In this document: in pieces, positions 52,146 through 58,906 of the stretch
Position numbering within the stretch: position 1 is the first letter of the stretch
Layout of the letters: every line of letters starts with the position of its first letter
NCBI GenBank assembly: GCA_902767725.1
Contig: CACXIM010000001.1
Span: 15,443 to 79,442, forward strand
DNA: 64,000 bases
Direction: 5' to 3'
Source: an uncultured Bacteroidia bacterium
Lineage (GTDB): Bacteria; Bacteroidota; Bacteroidia; Bacteroidales; F082
The notes under the pieces: model-generated
What the model was told of the DNA's origin: nothing
Databases searched by the model: none
Seen by the model: only the letters and a program-made list of their open reading frames with translations
Position numbers and translations under genes: made by a program

Positions 52146-53699
52146 TTACTTAGCAGTTAAATGTGTCACAGGAATCAGCATTTCGTTCATGGAGATGCCG
52201 CCGTGCTGGAAGGTGTTGCGGTAGTAACTGACGTAATAGTTGTAGTTGTTCGGGTAGGCGAAGAAATCGCTCTCACCAGCGAAAACGTAGGTCGTACTGA
52301 GGTTGGCCTTGGGCAAGAAAATCTTCTCGGGGTCTTTTACCTCGAAGACTTCTTTCGGGTTGTATTTCAAGTTCTTGCCGTATTTGTACCGCAGGTTGGT
52401 GTTCACTTCGCGATCACCAAGGATGCGGACGGGTTTTTCAACGTATGTGGAGCCGTGGTCGGTGGTGATGACCATGTCGCAGCCTTTCTCTGCAATGAAA
52501 CGCATCATATCGAAGAGGCTGGAATGTTCAAACCAAGAGTACATCAACGAACGATAAGCCTCCTCGTCGTCGGCCAACTCACGGATAATTTCCATTTCAG
52601 TGCGAGCGTGCGAGAGCATATCGACGAAGTTGTAGACGATGACATTCAGCTTGTTAGGCATCAGGTTGGACATCTGCTCATAGAGTTTCTTGCCAGCCTG
52701 CAGGTTCAACACCTTATTATAAGAGTACTTAATGTTCTTGCCGAAACGCTTCAGCTGCTCGCCGAGTAGTTCGCCCTCAAATTGGTTCTTCGTGCCTTCG
52801 TCCTCCTCGTCGATCCACCACTTCGGGTACCGACGGCGGATTTCGAGGGGCATTAGTCCGGCAAAAAGCGCATTGCGGGCATATTGTGTGGTGGTAGGCA
52901 GGATGCTGTAATAGATGTCGTCGGCCTCCACACGGAAATAGGTTTCAATCAGCGGTTGGATAGCCTTCCATTGGTCATAGCGCAGGTTATCGATGACAAT
53001 GAGGAACAACGGCTTGTCGCTGTCGTCGAGGCGTGGGAGCACTTTGTCGCGCACCACGGTATGCGACATGACAGGTTTCTCCGACTTGCCTTGGATCCAA
53101 TCAACATAGTTGCGTTCGATATAGCGCGTAAACTGCGTGTTGGCCTCCTGCTTTTGGTCGGCGAGGATGCCCTTGATGCCTTCGTCGGTCGACTTTTGCA
53201 GTTCCAACTCCCAGCGCACCAAGTTTTTATATAGGTCAACCCACTCGTCATAATTCAAGTTGTTGTTGAGGTCCATGCTAATTTTGCGGAACTCTTGCTG
53301 GTAGCTCATCGTCGACTTCTCGTCGCGGAGTTTCTTGTTCTCGAGGTTGCGTTTCAGCGAAAGCAGGATCTGGTTCGGGTTAACGGGTTTGATGAGGTAA
53401 TCTGCTATGTTAGAGCCGATTGCATCTTCCATAATGCGCTCTTCCTCGCTCTTGGTGATCATCACCACGGGAAGGTTTGGATACTCTCGCTTGATGACTT
53501 CGAGGGCTTCGATGCCCGAGATGCCAGGCATTTGTTCATCAAGGAATACAATATCGAAATGGCGTTGGCGCACGAGGTCGATGGCATCGGAGCCGTTGTT
53601 GGCCGTAACTACCTCATAGCCTTTCTGTTCCAAAAACATGATATGGGGCTTCAGGAGATCTATCTCGTCGTCGGCCCAAAGGATTGTCGTTTTGTCCAT
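52146..53699 (-). CDS. porX: T9SS-associated response regulator PorX (CheY receiver + PglZ/alkaline-phosphatase-like domain)
   Basis: Start moved to ATG 53697-53699 (MDKTTILWADDEIDLLKPHIMFLEQKGY...). Receiver Asp in FLDEQMPG. ADYLIKPVNPNQILLSLK, then a ~380-aa PglZ-like domain. 517 aa. Confidence 0.85.
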   Translation of the reverse strand: MDKTTILWADDEIDLLKPHIMFLEQKGYEVVTANNGSDAIDLVRQRHFDIVFLDEQMPGISGIEALEVIKREYPNLPVVMITKSEEERIMEDAIGSNIADYLIKPVNPNQILLSLKRNLENKKLRDEKSTMSYQQEFRKISMDLNNNLNYDEWVDLYKNLVRWELELQKSTDEGIKGILADQKQEANTQFTRYIERNYVDWIQGKSEKPVMSHTVVRDKVLPRLDDSDKPLFLIVIDNLRYDQWKAIQPLIETYFRVEADDIYYSILPTTTQYARNALFAGLMPLEIRRRYPKWWIDEEDEGTKNQFEGELLGEQLKRFGKNIKYSYNKVLNLQAGKKLYEQMSNLMPNKLNVIVYNFVDMLSHARTEMEIIRELADDEEAYRSLMYSWFEHSSLFDMMRFIAEKGCDMVITTDHGSTYVEKPVRILGDREVNTNLRYKYGKNLKYNPKEVFEVKDPEKIFLPKANLSTTYVFAGESDFFAYPNNYNYYVSYYRNTFQHGGISMNEMLIPVTHLTAK

Positions 53700-53780
53700 A
53701 GTTAGCGTGTTTATATGGAGGTAACGCAAAAAAAGGAAATTTGTTTTGGAAGGATGAACTTTTTTGAGAGGTCAAAACCA

Positions 53781-53886
53781 GCCGCCCATGTCACAACTCC
53801 GCTGCGCATGTCATTCCGACGTTGGCAAGTGGGCAAGAGGGAATCTATGGGCAGCGGGACACTAGGAATAATCTATGGAAGGCGGC
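53781..53886. repeat. Family A element (copy 4, 53799-53857) nested inside a degenerate outer copy
   Basis: Inner copy: CCGCTGCGCATGTCATTCC-(21 nt)-GGGAATCTATGGGCAGCGG. Outer arms: GCCGCCCATGTCACAACTCC (53781-53800) and GGAATAATCTATGGAAGGCGGC (53865-53886). Confidence 0.7.
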
Positions 53887-53913
53887 GTTAAGGGTAACAG
53901 CCTCAACATGACG

Positions 53914-53981
53914 GCCTCAACAGCTATAGATCCCTTGCCTTTGCCCACTAGCCAGCCTGGGGATGACATACCTGTTGAGGC
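53914..53981. repeat. Palindromic element, family A copy 5 (inverted orientation)
   Basis: GCCTCAACAGCTATAGATCCC-(26 nt)-GGGGATGACATACCTGTTGAGGC. Its loop (reverse-complemented) resembles the loop of copy 4 (..GGC.AGTGGGCAA..). It is preceded by a partial arm duplicate, GCCTCAACATGAC (53900-53912). Confidence 0.75.
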
Positions 53982-54019
53982 CTGCAACCATAAGACGGCA
54001 ACTTTTCGAAAAAAAACAT

Positions 54020-54027
54020 TACCTTTG
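54020..54027 (+). promoter_or_regulatory. Candidate -7 box (TACCTTTG) for the HD-domain gene
   Basis: TACCTTTG equals TAnnTTTG and lies 18 nt upstream of the ATG at 54046. Confidence 0.45.
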
Positions 54028-54045
54028 CGGCAAATTTAGCGGCAC

Positions 54046-55278
54046 ATGGCAAGCGCATCCAACAAAAAGAAAATCTTCAACGACCCCATCTATGGCTTCG
54101 TCAGCATCCCCGACGAATTGCATTTCGACATCATCGAACACCCTTATTTCCAGCGGCTTAGACGCATCAAGCAGGTCAGCATGACCAATTTGGTGTATCC
54201 TGGGGCCAACCACACCCGTTTTGCCCACAGTCTTGGTGCCATGCATCTCATGCGGCATGCCATCCAACTGTTACGTGGCAAGGGCTACAACATCACCAAT
54301 GAGGAGTTGGAGGCTGCATCAGTGGCCATACTTCTCCACGACAGCGGCCATGGCCCATTCTCGCACACCTTGGAAAACACCATTGTTCAAGACATCTCAC
54401 ACGAAGACCTCTCGTTGATGGTGATGCAGAAATTCAACAAAATCTATGAAGGTCGCTTAGGCTTGGCTATCGAGATCTTCACAGAAAAACACCCCAAAGG
54501 CTTTCTAACTAAACTCATTTCCAGCCAATTGGATGTCGACCGCATCGATTACCTCAAGCGCGACAGTTTCTTCACTGGAGTGGCCGAAGGTAGCGTGAAT
54601 GCAGAGCGTCTATTGGAGATGATGGAAGTGGTGGACAACGAGTTGGCCATTGAAGCCAAAGGCATCTATTCCGTGGAAAGTTTCATCGTGGCCCGACGCA
54701 TCATGTATTGGCAGGTGTATATGCACAAGGCCGTGTTGAGTGCCGAATATATGTTGCGCAACATCCTAAAACGAGCCAAGTTGCTCAGCCAGGAGCGCGA
54801 TTTGTTTGCCACCCCTGCCCTTTCGTTCTTCCTGAAAAACAAAAATCCTTTCGAAAACGACGATCCAGACTGCGTTTTGGACAAGTTCTGCCAGTTGGAC
54901 GACTACGACGTGATGACGGCTGTAAAAGCTTGGTGCGACGATGAAGACCGTGTGCTTTCCGAGCTATGCAGAAGACTGACAAACAGACACTTGTTCAAAA
55001 TTGAGATGCGCGAAGGTGAGTTTGACCTGAACTATATTGAGGACATTCGCGAAAAGATTGCCAAACTATACGGTTGGTCGCTAGAAGAGGCAGATTTCAT
55101 GCTGCTTCAGGGCGTTTCGTCTAACCACGCCTATCATCCTAAGAAGCCTGCAATCAATATCTTATACAAAGACGGCACAATGAAAGACATCAGCGAGGCC
55201 TCCGACCAACTCAATATTTCGGTGCTCTCGCAGCCCGTGGTGAAGCATTTCATTTGCTATCCGAAGGAGCTGGTTTAA
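54046..55278 (+). CDS. HD-domain phosphohydrolase (dNTPase/SAMHD1-like superfamily)
   Basis: IFNDPIYGFV...HPYFQRLRRIKQ...RFAHSLGAMHL...LLHDSGHGPFSH...DVDRIDYLKRD, the classical HD-superfamily motif series. Confidence 0.8.
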   Translation: MASASNKKKIFNDPIYGFVSIPDELHFDIIEHPYFQRLRRIKQVSMTNLVYPGANHTRFAHSLGAMHLMRHAIQLLRGKGYNITNEELEAASVAILLHDSGHGPFSHTLENTIVQDISHEDLSLMVMQKFNKIYEGRLGLAIEIFTEKHPKGFLTKLISSQLDVDRIDYLKRDSFFTGVAEGSVNAERLLEMMEVVDNELAIEAKGIYSVESFIVARRIMYWQVYMHKAVLSAEYMLRNILKRAKLLSQERDLFATPALSFFLKNKNPFENDDPDCVLDKFCQLDDYDVMTAVKAWCDDEDRVLSELCRRLTNRHLFKIEMREGEFDLNYIEDIREKIAKLYGWSLEEADFMLLQGVSSNHAYHPKKPAINILYKDGTMKDISEASDQLNISVLSQPVVKHFICYPKELV

Positions 55279-55868
55279 TCTTTAGAGTTTGTAATCTCCG
55301 ATTCAAACTCGGCAGAAACCAAGTACTTATGAATTTCATAATCTGTACATTCTCCATGCCTACCAAGTCTCACCCAATCATTACGTAACACTATTCTATC
55401 ACCTATCATATCAAAGTGTATATACGCAATAATGTGATGATACATATCCAACATAGAATCCATTAGTCCTTTTCTAGTACCATCATAACTCAAACCAAAA
55501 TTTGATACTGCAAACTCACAATGATGATAAGCTTCTACCCATATACAACAATCTACATATTCCTCAACTGTAGTATAGATAACCCGGCCTCCACAATCAG
55601 TATTAACAACATACTTGATAATTGAAGACGGAGCAATTACACTATCTAACACCATAATTGAACCAACAGGATTAATATGATTCAATTCAAATAATACATA
55701 ATCGCCAATACTATCCTGTTGCTTTGTAGTTGTGCTATTCTCAGTACTAGTAAAGAACTTGTTTTGCTTTTTAATCGTAACAACACTGCTCACAATACAT
55801 GTAACACACAAAAAGCCGACAACAATTAGCAAAGCAACCAAAAAGGAATATTGTTTAGAATTCAACAT
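55275..55868 (-). CDS. AT-rich ORFan: membrane-anchored Cys/His-rich protein of unknown function
   Basis: ATG at 55866-55868. N-terminal TM helix (FLVALLIVVGFLCVTCIVSSVV). The C-terminal ~150 aa carries several Cys and His-pair positions (DCGG, DCCIW, YHHCE, YHHII, HGEC). Its stop shares 4 nt (TTAA) with the convergent HD gene stop. Confidence 0.55.
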   Translation of the reverse strand: MLNSKQYSFLVALLIVVGFLCVTCIVSSVVTIKKQNKFFTSTENSTTTKQQDSIGDYVLFELNHINPVGSIMVLDSVIAPSSIIKYVVNTDCGGRVIYTTVEEYVDCCIWVEAYHHCEFAVSNFGLSYDGTRKGLMDSMLDMYHHIIAYIHFDMIGDRIVLRNDWVRLGRHGECTDYEIHKYLVSAEFESEITNSKD

Positions 55869-55916
55869 AACACTTCATAATTGCTAAGGTAAATATATCA
55901 TTTTTCCAATTCTCAT

Positions 55917-56393
55917 TTATTTATAACTACCCCATTTTGCCGCGACGTTCATCGCCTTCGCCCGCCTTTTTGAGTCCTCCATCACTTCAAGTGCTTGCTG
56001 CTGCAAAAAACGTTCCTCATCCGTTTCAGGCTCCAGCGTGATGCCATGCGGCCTGGAATGGTGGTTTTCGTCCAGATAAGAGAAGGTGGCGAAGCCGTCG
56101 GCAGCGATTTTTTCGGGTTCGCGGCTGCGATACATTTTCGTGTAAACGGTCAATGTGCTGCGACCCACGGAGATGACCTTGCTCTCGAAAGTGACGATGT
56201 CGCCCGCGAAAATCGGGAACTTGAAGTCGATGCCATGGAGAACGAGAAGTACGGTATCTTTTGTATCAACATACTGAGCCACAGCAAAATAAGAACTCTC
56301 TAAAAACCACTCCGAACAACGACCTGCGAAGAAGGTCTGGTGGTGGTTGAGGTCGGCGAGTTTGATCAATCTTTGGGAATAAGTTGCTTTCAT
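55917..56393 (-). CDS. Acyl-CoA thioesterase (hotdog fold)
   Basis: LADLNHHQTFFAGRCSEWFLESSYFAV...FPIFAGDIVTFESKVISVGRSTLTVY fits the acyl-CoA thioester hydrolase hotdog pattern. Confidence 0.7.
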   Translation of the reverse strand: MKATYSQRLIKLADLNHHQTFFAGRCSEWFLESSYFAVAQYVDTKDTVLLVLHGIDFKFPIFAGDIVTFESKVISVGRSTLTVYTKMYRSREPEKIAADGFATFSYLDENHHSRPHGITLEPETDEERFLQQQALEVMEDSKRRAKAMNVAAKWGSYK

Positions 56394-56396
56394 ATT

Positions 56397-56436
56397 TAGT
56401 TGTTCAGTTATTCAGTTGTTCAGTTATTCAGTTGCC
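56397..56436. repeat. Octamer tandem array, family C copy 2
   Basis: ttagttgt tcagttat tcagttgt tcagttat tcagttgc begins 3 nt upstream of the ATG at 56393 (minus-strand gene). Confidence 0.9.
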
Positions 56437-56447
56437 TATGGCTGATG

Positions 56448-56498
56448 GCTTATGGCCTATGGCTAACCAATACGTTGGGTCAGCCATTGGCCATAAGC
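56448..56498 (-). repeat. 21-bp inverted repeat starting at the stop codon of the MBL hydrolase gene
   Basis: GCTTATGGCCTATGGCTAACC-aatacgttg-GGTCAGCCATTGGCCATAAGC, with 2 mismatches. The arms are themselves built of TATGGC / ATTGGCCAT sub-repeats. No U-run follows on the minus strand. Confidence 0.7.
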
Positions 56499-57271
56499 TA
56501 TTGGCCATCGTTTACTACAATTTTCAGTCCGTCGTATGCGAGCATCATGCCTTCGGGCAACTCGCGGTTGACCTCTGCGGCAAGACCCATGCTGTGGCTG
56601 CAATGCGTGAACCAAGTCTTTTTTGCACCAACTTTTCTGGATATTTCAATTGCCTCATCCAAGGTAAGATGAGAATAATGCTTTTTCTTTTGAAGCGCTT
56701 CAATAACCAGATATTCAACACCTTGCAGTTTTTCTATCGCTTCTTCCGAAATCTCACTCAGGTCGGTGACGTAAGCGAAATTGCCAATACGGAAAGCATA
56801 ACATGTCAATGTGTAATGCTTCAACTTGATGGGGATGAAATGCAAGTCGCCGATATCAAAAGGCGTTTCGTCGAGGCGGTGAATGTCGTATGTGGGCGCG
56901 CCTGGATAAGGATGTTCATCGAAGGCATAGGAATACTCGCGCTTAATCTCGGGCAGTGCGGTGTCGTCGACATACAATGTCATGGGCTTTTGCTGCCTGA
57001 AGATATAAGGGCGCAGGTCGTCGAGGCCGCCAATATGGTCCTTATGCTCATGCGTGATAAGCACTGCATCAAGCTTGGTGACATTCTCGCGCAACATCTG
57101 TTGACGGAAGTCGGGGCCTGCATCCACGGCTACCGTTACTGCGTCGGTCTGAATCAAAATGGAAGTGCGCAGCCGCTTGTCGCGCGGGTCTTTGGATTGG
57201 CACACGGGACAAGTGCATCCGATGACCGGCACCCCTTGCGATGTTCCGCTACCTAATATAGTGACAATCAT
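56498..57271 (-). CDS. MBL-fold metallo-hydrolase (PhnP/GPMB-like)
   Basis: MIVTILGSGTSQGVPVIGCTCPVC... and the HxHxDH motif (THEHKDHIGG). Confidence 0.85.
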   Translation of the reverse strand: MIVTILGSGTSQGVPVIGCTCPVCQSKDPRDKRLRTSILIQTDAVTVAVDAGPDFRQQMLRENVTKLDAVLITHEHKDHIGGLDDLRPYIFRQQKPMTLYVDDTALPEIKREYSYAFDEHPYPGAPTYDIHRLDETPFDIGDLHFIPIKLKHYTLTCYAFRIGNFAYVTDLSEISEEAIEKLQGVEYLVIEALQKKKHYSHLTLDEAIEISRKVGAKKTWFTHCSHSMGLAAEVNRELPEGMMLAYDGLKIVVNDGQ

Positions 57272-57321
57272 ATTATTATCCTTATCTCACATCCACTTTA
57301 TTACTTAGTGGAATTCAAGTG

Positions 57322-57329
57322 CAAAATTA
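57322..57329 (-). promoter_or_regulatory. Candidate -7 box (TAATTTTG) for the MBL hydrolase gene
   Basis: Minus-strand TAATTTTG equals TAnnTTTG and lies 50 nt upstream of the ATG at 57271. Confidence 0.4.
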
Positions 57330-57372
57330 GCGTTTTTTACACAAAAAGGCATCCTATTTCATAGAATTTCCC

Positions 57373-57380
57373 TACATTTG
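57373..57380 (+). promoter_or_regulatory. Candidate -7 box (TACATTTG) for the 57385 gene
   Basis: TACATTTG equals TAnnTTTG but lies only 4 nt before the ATG at 57385. This would imply a near-leaderless transcript or a downstream true start. Confidence 0.3.
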
Positions 57381-57384
57381 CGGC

Positions 57385-57930
57385 ATGAATTTTTCATCCT
57401 ACCTCAGAAATAGAGCTTTAAGACGCTCATTGGAGCAATACCTCGCTGAAAAACAGACAGCAAAACTACCTAATCTTCAGCGGATTAACTCCATGTTGAT
57501 TATTCTTGACGAAAGCGACAAGAGCATAGTCAAGAACATCGAGAGCAGTGCGAAAAGCCTGTTTGGCGTCAGCCGTTGCGGATTCATCATCCTATGCAAC
57601 CAAATGTCGGACACCATCCTGCAAAGTGACCTTTACACCGAGATCACACCCAAGGACTTCGGCTTTATGAGCGTACTGAAGCCTGACCAGCATGAATTCA
57701 TCAAAAAGCTGCCTTTTAGCGCCATGCTCATCAACATGGCAGCGAAAAATGCAGAAATCAGCGACTATCTCTGTACCTTGCCCAAGTCGGACTTTAGGAT
57801 TTGTTTCCACGAAAGCAAGAATCAGAAGATTTACGACCTGCTCATCGAAAACCCACGTGCCACCGACCCTGTTTCCAACATTCACGTGTTGCACAATTAT
57901 CTAAAGGCTTTGTCCGGGACACAGGGGTAA
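57385..57930 (+). CDS. Hypothetical cytoplasmic protein upstream of dapA
   Basis: 181-aa ORF with no signal peptide or TM helix and no motif I recognise. Confidence 0.5.
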   Translation: MNFSSYLRNRALRRSLEQYLAEKQTAKLPNLQRINSMLIILDESDKSIVKNIESSAKSLFGVSRCGFIILCNQMSDTILQSDLYTEITPKDFGFMSVLKPDQHEFIKKLPFSAMLINMAAKNAEISDYLCTLPKSDFRICFHESKNQKIYDLLIENPRATDPVSNIHVLHNYLKALSGTQG

Positions 57931-57942
57931 AAACAGTCCATT

Positions 57943-57977
57943 GACCCTTCGACCCTTCGACAGGCTCAGGGCTCAGG
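57943..57977. repeat. Short GC-rich repeat, family D copy 2 with internal duplications
   Basis: GACCCTTC GACCCTTC GACAGGCTCAGG GCTCAGG. It shares the CCCTTCGACAGGCTCAGGG core with 48274-48297. Confidence 0.75.
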
Positions 57978-58014
57978 AATGAAGATTAAAACTTGAATAG
58001 AAAATATAAAACAA

Positions 58015-58905
58015 ATGAGATACAATCCATTTAAAGGTACGGGCATTGCCCTCATCACCCCTTTCAAACAAGACCAATCCGTCGACACAGAATCTCTCAT
58101 AAGAATCGTCAACCACGTCGTTGACAACGGTGCCGATTTCTTGGTTGTTTTGGGAACCACTTCCGAAGCGCCTACCCTTTCAAAAGAAGAAAAGAATCTG
58201 GTAATCAACACGATATTAAAGACCAACAACGGTCGTTTGCCCGTCCTGCTTGGCATGGGCGGCAACAACACGGAAGCCGTCATCGAAGCCACTAAGGCCC
58301 AAGACTTCACTGGTATTCAAGGCATTCTGAGCGTTGTACCTTATTACAACAAGCCCAATCAGCGCGGCATGAGAGCCCACTTCGAAGCCATTGCTGATGC
58401 CAGTCCAGTGCCCGTTGTGGTTTATAATGTGCCTGGCCGCGTGGGCGTCAACCTGCAAGCCGCCACATGCGTGGAGTTGGCCCAACATCCCAATATCATC
58501 GCCGTCAAGGAGGCTTCCGGCAACTTGCAGCAAATCATGGAGATCTTGCGCGACAAGCCCGCCGATTTCGACGTGCTCTCGGGCGATGACGGCATCACCC
58601 AACCCTTGATGGCCCTTGGCGCACAAGGCGTCATCTCAGTGGCGGCCAATGCCTATACCGCTTCTTTTAGTCGCATGATGCATGCCATGAAGGAAGATCG
58701 CACCCAAGAAGCACTAAGCCTGCATTATGCCATGCTCCGCATGAACCAACTCATCTTCGCCGATGGCAGCCCCGCGGGTATCAAATGCTTGATGAGCCAT
58801 TTAGGATTGTGCGAAAACGTCCTTCGCCTACCTTTGGTGACCGTTAACAACAAGGTGGAAGCCGACATCATTGAAGAATGGAAAGAATTAAAAGACAAAC
58901 AATAA
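58015..58905 (+). CDS. dapA: 4-hydroxy-tetrahydrodipicolinate synthase
   Basis: GTGIALITPF...VLGTTSEAPTLS...YNKP...YNVPGR...IIAVKEASG, the DapA motif series including the active-site Lys region. Confidence 0.9.
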   Translation: MRYNPFKGTGIALITPFKQDQSVDTESLIRIVNHVVDNGADFLVVLGTTSEAPTLSKEEKNLVINTILKTNNGRLPVLLGMGGNNTEAVIEATKAQDFTGIQGILSVVPYYNKPNQRGMRAHFEAIADASPVPVVVYNVPGRVGVNLQAATCVELAQHPNIIAVKEASGNLQQIMEILRDKPADFDVLSGDDGITQPLMALGAQGVISVAANAYTASFSRMMHAMKEDRTQEALSLHYAMLRMNQLIFADGSPAGIKCLMSHLGLCENVLRLPLVTVNNKVEADIIEEWKELKDKQ

Positions 58906-58906
58906 A

